Shown: positions 29,498 through 38,951 of the stretch, piece after piece
Layout: each line of letters opens with the position of its first letter
How positions within the stretch are numbered: the stretch's first letter is position 1
Assembly: GCA_031362565.1 (NCBI GenBank)
Contig: JANLSU010000101.1
Coordinates: 1 to 64,000 of the forward strand
Direction of reading: 5' to 3'
DNA length: 64,000 nt
Origin: a bacterium
GTDB lineage: Bacteria > Krumholzibacteriota > Krumholzibacteriia > G020349025
Position numbers and translations under genes: made by a program
Notes under the pieces: model-generated
Seen by the model: the letters and a program-made list of their open reading frames with translations, nothing else
Databases searched by the model: none
Told to the model about the DNA's origin: nothing

Positions 29498-30885
29498 AGA
29501 CCGTCCCCTTCGATGCGCGCCCGGGCGGCTTCGAGCACCCGGCCGATCTTCACCGCTGCATCCGCGTGCAGGTGTTTGACACACTTGAGAGCTTGCTTGC
29601 GGACGAGCAAGCTCGCGACGTACCAGTTCAGCACGGCGTCGCGCCGGCCCCAGGGTACATGCGCGCTCCACGACTCGTAGAAGGCGGTCGCGAGGCGCCG
29701 CGCCCGGCCCGGCGGCAGCACACCCATGGCCTCCAAGTAATGCAGGTCGGCGGTGAAATTCGCAACATCATAGAGCGGGTCGGCGTGCACGAAGCTGTCG
29801 AAATCGACGAGCGCGCTCTTGTGGCCGTCGTGGAGCAGGTGCGCGAGCTTGAAGGTGCCATGGGACGTGACGAGGGGCAGGCGCGGCAGGCCCGGCAGCA
29901 TCGCGTCCAGACGCCGCTTGATCCGCTCCAACTCGGCCGCGGCGTCGGGGTGGACATGCGCCACCAGTGCGGCGTGGGCCCGCATTTTGACCGCCTCGTC
30001 GTCCAAGTCATGTCGCGGCCGGACGGGGATGCGCACCAGATGCATCGCCGCCAAGCCACGCCCGATGGCGGCGGCGTGCGCCGGAGTCACCTGTGCGGCG
30101 GACTGCGACAGCGGCGCCCCCGGGACGCCGCGCTGGTACGTGGTCCATCCCTCGGCGTCGAAGGGCAGCGGTTCCGGGATGCGCAAGAAACGAGAGTCGG
30201 TTTGCGCCGCCCGCCAGAGCGCCTCGAGAATGCTGTGGGCTTCGCGCGCTGGCACGACGTCGTCGTAGGTTTTCGAGTACACGGTTTGCAGTTCAGCACT
30301 CGGCAGCGTCCGGGGCGCGCCGTTGGCGTCGCGCGGCGGATGCCATTCCACTTCGTAGCGCAGCACACAGCGCTTGCGCGGGATGTAGCGCACCAACGTG
30401 CGCGTCGCGGGCCCCATCTCCAGGCCGGCGGCGGCGCCGGCGGTGGCCAAGAGCGCCAGGGTTTCACGCGGCGCCTGGCGCCACTGCGCCGGCAGCGTCT
30501 TGAGTTTGGGATCATTCGGAAACGTCCACAGCACGAGATCGAGATCCGTGCAGTGATACGCGGCGGCACCGAGGCCCGGCGTCACAAACTTGTCCTTCGC
30601 GGCTTTGCGTTCGGCCTTGGCGTACATCGCGGCGGGATCCGGGAGCCCCAGAACCGCGGACAGAATCTGCGTCTCGCGCCGGCCGCCGGCTTCCAACGTC
30701 ACCGAGTAGACGAGACTGCATTCGGCACCCGGCACGTAGAACAGGCGCTGGACCGACACCTCGACGGCGCGTTCGGGCCGGCCCTGCGCCGCAAACCAGG
30801 TGTCGAGTGCGGCAGTGATTCGCGCCGGATCGAGCACCGCACGCACGGCCGCAAGTTGCGGCCCGTTTTGCGTCCCGAGCGTCAT
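29494..30885 (-). CDS. APH-like phosphotransferase, probable pseudokinase
   Basis: HGTFKLAH (catalytic Asp replaced by Thr), LVDFD, ADPLYDVANF. Confidence 0.85.
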   Translation of the reverse strand: MTLGTQNGPQLAAVRAVLDPARITAALDTWFAAQGRPERAVEVSVQRLFYVPGAECSLVYSVTLEAGGRRETQILSAVLGLPDPAAMYAKAERKAAKDKFVTPGLGAAAYHCTDLDLVLWTFPNDPKLKTLPAQWRQAPRETLALLATAGAAAGLEMGPATRTLVRYIPRKRCVLRYEVEWHPPRDANGAPRTLPSAELQTVYSKTYDDVVPAREAHSILEALWRAAQTDSRFLRIPEPLPFDAEGWTTYQRGVPGAPLSQSAAQVTPAHAAAIGRGLAAMHLVRIPVRPRHDLDDEAVKMRAHAALVAHVHPDAAAELERIKRRLDAMLPGLPRLPLVTSHGTFKLAHLLHDGHKSALVDFDSFVHADPLYDVANFTADLHYLEAMGVLPPGRARRLATAFYESWSAHVPWGRRDAVLNWYVASLLVRKQALKCVKHLHADAAVKIGRVLEAARARIEGDGL

Positions 30886-32210
30886 GCGAAATCCCGCCCT
30901 TCCGCCGCGGCGCGCGCCGCGGTCAATACCGCGGCCACGGGCTCGACGCCCGATGCCGCGAGTTTCTTGACGTTCTTGAGCGCCTGGCGATTGACGAGCA
31001 GCACCGCTTTCCACCACGCGAGCCGGCGGCGATCCACACCCCACGGCACCAGAATCGCATACGCCGACACGAACGCCCGCTGCGCGTCGGCAATCTCGGC
31101 CGCCGACCAATGACCCTGGGCGACGGTCTCGAATCGCGACAGGAAGCGCGCCACATCGAGCAACGGGTCGCCGCGCCCGAACAAGTCGAAGTCGATGATC
31201 GACACCCGGTCACGTCCAACGAGCACCTGATTGCAGTGGAAGTCACCGTGCACGGCGGCGGTCTGAATCACGTCGGCCGGGGCCGCCGCGGCGAGCGGCC
31301 CGATGGTCGCTTCGATCTCGCGATGCAGGTGCGGATAGAACCGCAACAGCGCGTCGCGGGCACGTTCCAACTTGACGGATTCGTCGGCCACGCGCCAGAC
31401 GCGCTCGGCCGGCAGATCACTGCGATGCAGTGCCGCGAGCGAGGCCGCGACACGCCGCATGAGCACCGGCATGTCGGCACCCAAGAGCGAGTCGAGCAGC
31501 GGCTCGCCGCCGGGTGAATCCTGCCAGACCGCATTGCGCACTGGATCGCAACCCAACGGCCGCGCCAGTCCGAGCTCCGGGGCCCGGCGCACGGCGTATT
31601 CCCACAACATTTGCATTCGCGCCACCACGCTCTGCGCATCGTCCGTGGCGTACACCTTGCCATAGAACGGTTCGGGACGGGCATGATCCAGCCGGTCATA
31701 GCGCAGGATGCAGCGCTTGGCGGGCACGTAATTGACGACGATCGTTTCGAGCCCCGGACGCGCGCCCGTCCACGGCGCCGGCGTGAGTTGCACCGCCCGG
31801 TCGAACAGCGTGCCGCTCGAGCGCACGATATGCCCGAGACCCGGCATCGCCGGATCGTCCGGAAAAGTCCAGAGCGCCAGGCGCAAATCGGGCCAGTAGG
31901 CGGGAATCGGCCCGGCGGGCGTTTGGATCGCCGGACGCTCGCGAAAATGCGCCGGCACCGGCTCGGTGCCGAAGGCGCGTCCGGCAAGCGCGAACGGCAC
32001 TCGCTCGCCGCCCGGATCGTCGTACTTCAACCCATAAGCCAACAGACATGTGGCGCCCGGGTAGTAGCGCACATCCTGGGCACGACAGCGGCGCAACGTC
32101 CAGCCCGGCAAGGCGTGGGCGCGGAACCGGGCCGCAATCGCGTCGTCGTCCACGAGCGCCGGCAGTTGCGGCAGGCTCGTGTCGACCGGAATTTGCGACG
32201 CGTCGAGCAT
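30882..32210 (-). CDS. APH-like phosphotransferase
   Basis: HGDFHCNQ, IIDFD, GDPLLDVARF. Confidence 0.88.
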   Translation of the reverse strand: MLDASQIPVDTSLPQLPALVDDDAIAARFRAHALPGWTLRRCRAQDVRYYPGATCLLAYGLKYDDPGGERVPFALAGRAFGTEPVPAHFRERPAIQTPAGPIPAYWPDLRLALWTFPDDPAMPGLGHIVRSSGTLFDRAVQLTPAPWTGARPGLETIVVNYVPAKRCILRYDRLDHARPEPFYGKVYATDDAQSVVARMQMLWEYAVRRAPELGLARPLGCDPVRNAVWQDSPGGEPLLDSLLGADMPVLMRRVAASLAALHRSDLPAERVWRVADESVKLERARDALLRFYPHLHREIEATIGPLAAAAPADVIQTAAVHGDFHCNQVLVGRDRVSIIDFDLFGRGDPLLDVARFLSRFETVAQGHWSAAEIADAQRAFVSAYAILVPWGVDRRRLAWWKAVLLVNRQALKNVKKLAASGVEPVAAVLTAARAAAEGRDFA

Positions 32211-32230
32211 CGCGGTTTCCCTTCGGTGGA

Positions 32231-33577
32231 TCAGACGGGTGTGTCGCTGCCGTCGAGCCAGCCCTCGGCGCGCTCGACCAAGCGTTGGATCTTGATGTCG
32301 CCGTCGTCCTTCATGCGCTTGACGCACTTCTGGGCGTGCTTCGCGACCAGGATGACCGCGGCGTACCAGCGCAGTGCCGCCTCCGGCAACGGGCCCGAGT
32401 GAACCGCGGTGTAGCCGTCGATGAAGGCGCGGGCCGCGGCCCGCGTTTCGTCTTCGCCCATCTCCCCCTTGGCGCACAGGTAGTAGAGATGCGCGATGAA
32501 GCTGCCGGCGTCGCACATCGGGTGGCCGTCGCGAAAACCGTCGAAGTCGACGAGCGCCAGGCGGCCCCGGAAGGCAAGAAGTTGGGTGAAGCGAAACGCG
32601 CCATGAATGGGTGTCGGTGGCGCCGTCTCGATGGACGCCAGTTGCGCCTGCGCCAAGGCGCGCACGCGTTCGATCCCCGGTGCAAGCTCCGCATCGTAGC
32701 GTTGCAACACACCGGCGGCCTTCATGAAGTTCGCGAGTTCGTGCGCCTCGCCCCACGGTTCGAGCCCCTGCACCGCGCCGGCGTGAATCCGCGCCAGTCC
32801 GCGCCCGGCTTGTTCCATGGCCGCCTGGGCGCGATCTCCGTGCAGTTCCGCGAGCGCCGCCGTACCCGGCAGCGCGCCCAGGACGAGGGTTTGCAGATCC
32901 TCGAGATACGCCAGCGGTTCGGGACAAGCGAGCGTGTTCGCATCGTCGCGCGCACTCTCCCAGAGGCGCCGCATGACGGTGTAGATCGCACCACCGCGGC
33001 TGTGTGCATAGGTCTTGGTGTACACGAGACGGCGGCTGCCGTCCGTGGCGGTGATCTTGTGCCGCATGACGAGGCGCTTGCCCGGCACGTACTTGACCAG
33101 GGCGCCTTCGGCGTGTTGGATGCCGCGCGCCGCAAGCGCCGGAATGCGTTCGGCAACGGCTCCCAACCCTTCCGGACCCGCAATGATGTCGACGCCCGGC
33201 AGTTTCGGATCATTCGGGAATCCCCACAGCACGAGCCCCAGATCCGCGAAGTACAAGAGCGGCGGGCCGTATGCCGGTTGGATCCACGACCGCTTGTGCA
33301 TTTTCTTGTAGAGGTGCGCCGCATCGTCCGGGCGCTCCATGCGCCCATGCATGACATGCCGCAGCGCGACTTGCCGCTCGGTGTCGAGCAACTTGACGCG
33401 GTACGCGAGGCGGGCATTGCGCCCCGGCTTGTAGGTAAAACGCCCGACCTTGACTTGCAGAAGCTGCAAACCGCTGCCGAAGTGCGGCGCCAAGAGCTGG
33501 CGCATGGCTTCGCCGTCGGTCGCGACGCCGAGGCCGGCGAGTGCCGCGTCGCGCGGCACGTCTTGGATATCGACCAT
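32231..33577 (-). CDS. APH-like phosphotransferase, probable pseudokinase
   Basis: HGAFRFTQ (Asp replaced by Ala), LVDFD, GHPMCDAGSF; GGAGG RBS. Confidence 0.85.
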   Translation of the reverse strand: MVDIQDVPRDAALAGLGVATDGEAMRQLLAPHFGSGLQLLQVKVGRFTYKPGRNARLAYRVKLLDTERQVALRHVMHGRMERPDDAAHLYKKMHKRSWIQPAYGPPLLYFADLGLVLWGFPNDPKLPGVDIIAGPEGLGAVAERIPALAARGIQHAEGALVKYVPGKRLVMRHKITATDGSRRLVYTKTYAHSRGGAIYTVMRRLWESARDDANTLACPEPLAYLEDLQTLVLGALPGTAALAELHGDRAQAAMEQAGRGLARIHAGAVQGLEPWGEAHELANFMKAAGVLQRYDAELAPGIERVRALAQAQLASIETAPPTPIHGAFRFTQLLAFRGRLALVDFDGFRDGHPMCDAGSFIAHLYYLCAKGEMGEDETRAAARAFIDGYTAVHSGPLPEAALRWYAAVILVAKHAQKCVKRMKDDGDIKIQRLVERAEGWLDGSDTPV

Positions 33578-33591
33578 GTCATCCTCCAACG

Positions 33592-34944
33592 TCAGGCAGC
33601 CGGAAACCACGCTTCGGCGGCGGTCAAGATTGCATCGACGCGCTCCGGCGCCATGCGCTTCACACACTTGTAGGCTTGGCTGGAGAGCAACAGCGCGCTC
33701 GTGTACCAGCGCACGCGGCGGTCGGGCCAGCCCCACGGGACGCCGGCGCCATAGGCCGCACCGAACGCGGTGACCGCGGCATCGATCGCTTCGGTTTCGG
33801 TCTTCGAGCCCAAACCTGCCACCGCCAGATGTGCGAAGAAGCGGCCGACATCGTAGGTCGGATCACCCAGTCCCGCACCATCGAAATCGATGAAGGCGAC
33901 TTGGCCTTCGGCGTCGAAGATGTGGCTCGTCTTGAACGAACCGTGCACCGGGGCCGGCGGCACCGGCGGCAAGCCGGGCGCGGCGGCGGCGAGCCGTTGG
34001 CGGAGCGCTGCGACCCGGGCGGCGAACTGCGGATAGGCGCGCTCGATCTTCAGGGACGAGGCGGTGAGTTCTTCCAACTCGCGCTCCAGGCCAAGACCCG
34101 GGCCGAGGGTGAGATTCGAGGCATGAAACGCCGCCAGGGCGCTTGCCACCGGACCCGCGAGCGCGGCCAAATCCATGCTACCGGCATCCTTCGAAAACGA
34201 GTTCCCCGGCAGCATCTCCTGCCACACGATGTCGTGCTCGGCGTCGAGGCCGTAAGGCATTGGGATGCGCAAGCGGCCGCTGCGGACCGCGTCGCTGGCC
34301 GCGAGTTGCGCCAGCACGTCATACGCCGCGCGACCCAATCCCGGTTGATACGCTTTGCCATAGAACCAACGCTCGACAATGCCGCCGGGGCCTTCCCAAC
34401 GCACCCGGTAGCGATAACCACAGCGCTGTCCCGGCACGTACTTGCCGACACCAAAGCGCACGTCTTGGACGTGCCCGGGAGCCGGCAATCCGAAAGCCGC
34501 CGGATCGCGCTCGAGGAGCGCCGTGATCGCATCGGTCGAAGCGAGAATTGCCAGACCGGGCACGTTCGGATCGTTCGGATAGGCCCACACGACCATGCCC
34601 AGATCGGCCAGCAAGGCGACGGCAGGACCCAACTCGGGCGGTGTCAGCGTCGCACGCAACGCGCGCCGGTACACCGACGCCGATTTCTCGTCCGGGTAGA
34701 TCTTGCCGTAGAAAAACTGCTCGGCCCGTTGGCCGTCGGGAGCGCGTAGTTTCGCTTCGAAGGTCAGGCGGCAGCTCCGGCCGGGTTTGTAGTACACCCG
34801 CCGGAGCTTGATGCCGCGAACCTGCAGTCCCGCCGCTACGAAGCCGGCGTTCGACTGCAAGCTGGCCGCGAATCGATCCGCATCGAATACGACGCTCAGC
34901 TGCGGGAAAGTGCAGTCCTGCGGCAGTTTCTTGAGCTTGGGCAT
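33592..34944 (-). CDS. APH-like phosphotransferase, probable pseudokinase
   Basis: HGSFKTSH (Asp replaced by Ser), FIDFD, GDPTYDVGRF; GGAGG RBS. Confidence 0.85.
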   Translation of the reverse strand: MPKLKKLPQDCTFPQLSVVFDADRFAASLQSNAGFVAAGLQVRGIKLRRVYYKPGRSCRLTFEAKLRAPDGQRAEQFFYGKIYPDEKSASVYRRALRATLTPPELGPAVALLADLGMVVWAYPNDPNVPGLAILASTDAITALLERDPAAFGLPAPGHVQDVRFGVGKYVPGQRCGYRYRVRWEGPGGIVERWFYGKAYQPGLGRAAYDVLAQLAASDAVRSGRLRIPMPYGLDAEHDIVWQEMLPGNSFSKDAGSMDLAALAGPVASALAAFHASNLTLGPGLGLERELEELTASSLKIERAYPQFAARVAALRQRLAAAAPGLPPVPPAPVHGSFKTSHIFDAEGQVAFIDFDGAGLGDPTYDVGRFFAHLAVAGLGSKTETEAIDAAVTAFGAAYGAGVPWGWPDRRVRWYTSALLLSSQAYKCVKRMAPERVDAILTAAEAWFPAA

Positions 34945-34962
34945 GACGTCCTCCGTGGCGTC

Positions 34963-36849
34963 TCAGCCGGCCTGATCACCGGTGCCGCCGGCGCCATACT
35001 GCAACTCGTACAGGTTGCGGTAGGTGGCGCTGCGTTCCATGAGTTCTTCGTGCCGGCCTTCCTCGGCGATCTTGCCGTCCTCGATCATGAGGATGTGATC
35101 GGCATTGATGATCGTCGAGAAACGGTGCGCGATCACGAAGCTCGTGCGTCCTTGCATGAGCTTCGAGAGCGCCGTGTTGATCTGCGCTTCGGACAGTGCA
35201 TCGAGGCCGGTCGTGGGCTCGTCGAGAATCAGGATCGGCGCGTTGCGCAAGATGGCGCGCGCGATGCTGATGCGCTGCTTCTGGCCGCCCGAGAAGTTCA
35301 CACCGCGCTCTTCGACCATCGTCTCGTAGCCCAATGGCAGGGCCATGATGAAGTCGTGCGCCTGGGCGGCCTTGGCCGCGGCGATGACTTCCTCATCGGT
35401 CGCGCCCGCATTTCCAAAGGCGATGTTTTCGCGCAGCGTCTTGCGGAACAGGAAGTTGTCCTGCAGCACGACGGTGATCTGGTTGCGAAGTGAAGTGAGC
35501 GTGTACTTGCGGATGTCCTGTCCGTCGATGACCACCGCTCCCACAGTGGGATCGTAGAACCGCATCAGCAGGTTCGCCATGGTGGATTTCCCGGCGCCGC
35601 TCGAACCCACGAGCGCCACGGTCTGGCCGGCGCGGGCCCGGAACGTCAGCTTGTGGAGTACCGTTTGGCCCTTTTTGTACGCGAAGGTCACGTCGCGGAA
35701 CTCGACGTCGCCGTTGAAGTCCGGCGCCGGGTTGGCATCGGCTGCGTCGTGCACCACGACCGGTTGCTCGACCAGTTCCACGAGGCGCTCGCCGCTCACG
35801 ACCGCCTGGGCGAGGTCCACCAGAATTTCCGAGAATTTGTCGATCGGCCCATAGAGTTGCTTCAGGTAGGCCGAGAACACCAGCAGGTCGCCCGGCGAGA
35901 GTTCGTTGTTCAGCACCCGGCGCGCGCCCCAATAGATCACCGCGGTCGTGCCGACGGCGATCGTCACCTGCACCGCGCGCTTGAAGGACTTGGAAAGCTG
36001 GGCGGTACGAATTTCCGCGTCCAAGCTGCGCTGGTTCTGCTTCTGGAACCGCGCGTGCTCCTGCGATTCGGCCTGGTAGGCCTGAATCAAGCTGATGGAC
36101 AGCATGTTCTCTTGGACGATGGAGGCGACGTCGCTTTCACGGTTGCGCTTGTTCTTTTGCTGTTCCTTGACGCGCACCGAGAAGAAATGCGTCGCGAAGT
36201 AGAGAATCGGCACGATCGAGAAGGCGAGCAAGAACAGCTTCCAGTCCATCCAGATCATCGTGGCGCAGATGCCGACGAGCCGGAAGATGTTGCTGCCGAA
36301 ATCCTGAATCGAATCGATAAAGAGTTTCTTGAGCTTGTTGATATCGGAGGTCAGGCGCACCACGAGGTCGCCGGAGCGCGACTTGTCATGGAAGTTGAGG
36401 GACAGCGCCTGCAGGTGGACGTAGATGCGCTCGCGCACCTCGACGACCATGGTCTCCCCGACCACCGACATCAGATACTTGTTCATGTAGCTGAAGAAGG
36501 CGCTCGAGATGGCGATGCCGATGATCGCCAGGCTGATCGGCAGCAGGAGTTGTACCGGTTCCGTACCGAACCAACGCCCCATCCACGCGGCGTTGTCCGG
36601 CAGGGCCCGGCCGAGCAGGACGTGATCGAAAATGAGTTTCAGCGGCCACGGCTGCGCCAGGTCGGACGCCACCGAGAGCAGCATCCCGAGAATCGCTACG
36701 GCCAGCAACTTCCAGTGCCGGAAGAGGTCGGGCGCGAACGTGCGCCAGATCTTCTTGTAGCCCTGGTAGTCGAAGTCGACGGCGACGTCCTCGGTGTCGC
36801 CCTTCGCCTTCGCCTTCTTCTTCTTTTTCTTGTCCTTATCCTTGGCCAT
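34963..36849 (-). CDS. MsbA-like ABC exporter (fused permease and ATPase)
   Basis: AQPWPLKLIFD, TM domain, GSSGAGKST, FSGGQKQR and ILDEPT motifs. Confidence 0.95.
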   Translation of the reverse strand: MAKDKDKKKKKKAKAKGDTEDVAVDFDYQGYKKIWRTFAPDLFRHWKLLAVAILGMLLSVASDLAQPWPLKLIFDHVLLGRALPDNAAWMGRWFGTEPVQLLLPISLAIIGIAISSAFFSYMNKYLMSVVGETMVVEVRERIYVHLQALSLNFHDKSRSGDLVVRLTSDINKLKKLFIDSIQDFGSNIFRLVGICATMIWMDWKLFLLAFSIVPILYFATHFFSVRVKEQQKNKRNRESDVASIVQENMLSISLIQAYQAESQEHARFQKQNQRSLDAEIRTAQLSKSFKRAVQVTIAVGTTAVIYWGARRVLNNELSPGDLLVFSAYLKQLYGPIDKFSEILVDLAQAVVSGERLVELVEQPVVVHDAADANPAPDFNGDVEFRDVTFAYKKGQTVLHKLTFRARAGQTVALVGSSGAGKSTMANLLMRFYDPTVGAVVIDGQDIRKYTLTSLRNQITVVLQDNFLFRKTLRENIAFGNAGATDEEVIAAAKAAQAHDFIMALPLGYETMVEERGVNFSGGQKQRISIARAILRNAPILILDEPTTGLDALSEAQINTALSKLMQGRTSFVIAHRFSTIINADHILMIEDGKIAEEGRHEELMERSATYRNLYELQYGAGGTGDQAG

Positions 36850-36907
36850 TACGATGTGCTTCCTTCCGAAACTGCGTTTCCAACCTCGGACGCGTTGGCC
36901 ACCGGCG

Positions 36908-37852
36908 TCACAGCCGTGCAGTGCCGCGTTCCAAACACAGAGCGAGATCCTGGCGCCAGCCGAGCGGCTGTTTGCGCCACAAGATCATGGCGCGCCGCAC
37001 GTAGCAAAACGCTTCGTAGTGCGGCAATGCCGGCAACTCACCAGTACCGCTTTGCGCCGCGTAGGCCGCCAGAAAACGGTCGCCCAGAGCCCGCCCGGCG
37101 TCACCCAAGTGCGCTTCGAGACCGACGCGGAAGTTGGCAACGTCCAGGGCCCGGTCGGCGACACACAATCCGTCCAGGTCGAGCACGTACACGGTGCCGG
37201 CGTCGACGAACAATTGCGTCGGTGCGAAGTCACCGTGCGAGGTCACAGGACTTGCGGCGACTTGGGAATCGCGCGCGAAGATCGCCGCGACGAGTGCCCG
37301 CAGACGCGGCGCTAGTTCCGGCAGCGCTGCGGCGAGCGCCTCGATTCCCGGGTGGCACGTGCGGCGCATCTGCGCCTCGAGGTCGGCGTGTCGCGCCGCC
37401 GGCACATGGGTCGCGTGCAGAGTCGCGAGCGCCCGCCCCAATCGCTCCGCCAGCCCCGGCGTCTCACGCACATCGTCCCAGCCGCGCACCGGTGCCCCGG
37501 GCACCCACGCTTCCACGATCATTCCCAAATCATCCCAGCAGCCGAGCAACTTCGGCGCCCGGGTGTCCCCGGCGAGCGCCGCATTCATTTCGCGTAATAC
37601 GGCAGCATGCCGCGCCGCCCGATCCTTGCGGTACATCTTGCCGACGACCCGCGTGCCGTCGGCGAATGTGTACGCCAGCACACAGCGCTTGCCGCGCACG
37701 TGCTTGAGCACCTGCGCGACAGGCGTGCCACGGTCGCCGAGCAGAGCGCCAAGCCAAGCGCCGGCCCGCGCCGGGTCGAGCGCGCCGGCCAGCCCCGGCA
37801 GTGCCGCATCCTGCGGCGCCGGGTCGCTCGTGCGGGCAAATGAGTCCTGCAT
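36908..37852 (-). CDS. APH-like phosphotransferase
   Basis: HGDFAPTQ, VLDLD, ALDVANF. Confidence 0.87.
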   Translation of the reverse strand: MQDSFARTSDPAPQDAALPGLAGALDPARAGAWLGALLGDRGTPVAQVLKHVRGKRCVLAYTFADGTRVVGKMYRKDRAARHAAVLREMNAALAGDTRAPKLLGCWDDLGMIVEAWVPGAPVRGWDDVRETPGLAERLGRALATLHATHVPAARHADLEAQMRRTCHPGIEALAAALPELAPRLRALVAAIFARDSQVAASPVTSHGDFAPTQLFVDAGTVYVLDLDGLCVADRALDVANFRVGLEAHLGDAGRALGDRFLAAYAAQSGTGELPALPHYEAFCYVRRAMILWRKQPLGWRQDLALCLERGTARL

Positions 37853-37881
37853 CGCGGCTCCTCCGAAACGTGGCCCGACCC

Positions 37882-38886
37882 TCAGCCTTGCACCTCGGCC
37901 AGGCTCTCCAAGCTGTCGTCGATGAACTTGCGCGCCTTTTTCTGCCAGCCGTCTTCCTGGAAGCGCAGGCGCTTGCAGGCGCGCCGCAGGTGCGTGATGG
38001 CTTCGAAGAGCGGCACGCGCTTCAGAATGTCGTCGGGCATCGATTTGAAGTATTCATCGAGGAACGCGTCCGCGAGCAACGGCGCGCTCGGAATCTTGCG
38101 TGCCTTGCCCTTCAAGAAGACCAGCACGTTGCCCAGATCGGCGGCCGGATCGGCGACGCAGCAGGCGTCGAAATCGATGACCCAGGTGCGTTCGGGTGCG
38201 ACATGCACCTGGCCCATATGAAAATCACCGTGAATGAGCGCCGGTGCACTGTGCGCGAATGCCGCCTCGAGCCGGGTGGACTCGCGCAGAATCTCGTCGA
38301 CCGCCGAACGCAATTCCGGCGCCCGCTCGCGCAGCACCTGCGGGCGCGGGTGGCAGCGGCGGATGTGATCCTGCATGCGATACGGCTCGCCGACCCGCAC
38401 CGGAGATCGGTGCAACTTGGCGAGCGAGCGCGCCATGGCACGCAGCGACGGCTCGGCAAGATCGGTTTTCAAGAAGTCCTTCACCGGCGCACCGCCGATT
38501 TCCTCCTGCAAGAGCAATGACAGACGTGGCAGGTAGGCGGCCACCGCCGGGATCGAGATCTGGTCCGCCGCATCGCGCTCGAACCCAGCGACCCACAGTT
38601 TTTGCATGAGGTCGGTCACCGGCTCACCGGCATCGCCCTTGTAGACCTTGCCGATGAGTGACGTCACCCGGCGCTCACCGGCGGTCTCGGTGTGCAGCCG
38701 GTAGCGCAGCACACAACGCTGCTTACGCCGGCGCAGCACTTCCACCTCGAGATGGGTCAGACGCGTGTCCGGGCTTTCCCAACGCGCCAGCTCGGGTTCG
38801 AGCACCTCGCGCATGCGGCGCGGATCGCTCGCATCCTTGAGCGTGAACAATTTGTCGGTGCCGTAGAAAGAATCATCGTGGTTCAT
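37882..38886 (-). CDS. APH-like phosphotransferase
   Basis: IGKVY, HGDFHMGQ, VIDFD, ADPAADLGN. Confidence 0.88.
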   Translation of the reverse strand: MNHDDSFYGTDKLFTLKDASDPRRMREVLEPELARWESPDTRLTHLEVEVLRRRKQRCVLRYRLHTETAGERRVTSLIGKVYKGDAGEPVTDLMQKLWVAGFERDAADQISIPAVAAYLPRLSLLLQEEIGGAPVKDFLKTDLAEPSLRAMARSLAKLHRSPVRVGEPYRMQDHIRRCHPRPQVLRERAPELRSAVDEILRESTRLEAAFAHSAPALIHGDFHMGQVHVAPERTWVIDFDACCVADPAADLGNVLVFLKGKARKIPSAPLLADAFLDEYFKSMPDDILKRVPLFEAITHLRRACKRLRFQEDGWQKKARKFIDDSLESLAEVQG

Positions 38887-38951
38887 GCCATGCTCCAAGG
38901 GCGGACCGCCGGAAGGCGGCCGGACAACCAAGCTTGATGGGACCTTAGGAT

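Noticed and set aside
35653..37707. 684-aa plus-strand ORF
   Set aside because: Antisense shadow of the ABC exporter and kinase genes.
28250..38886. Interpretation as an aminoglycoside-resistance array
   Set aside because: The proteins are longer than true APHs, lack the motif Asn, three lack the catalytic Asp, and the context is biosynthetic.
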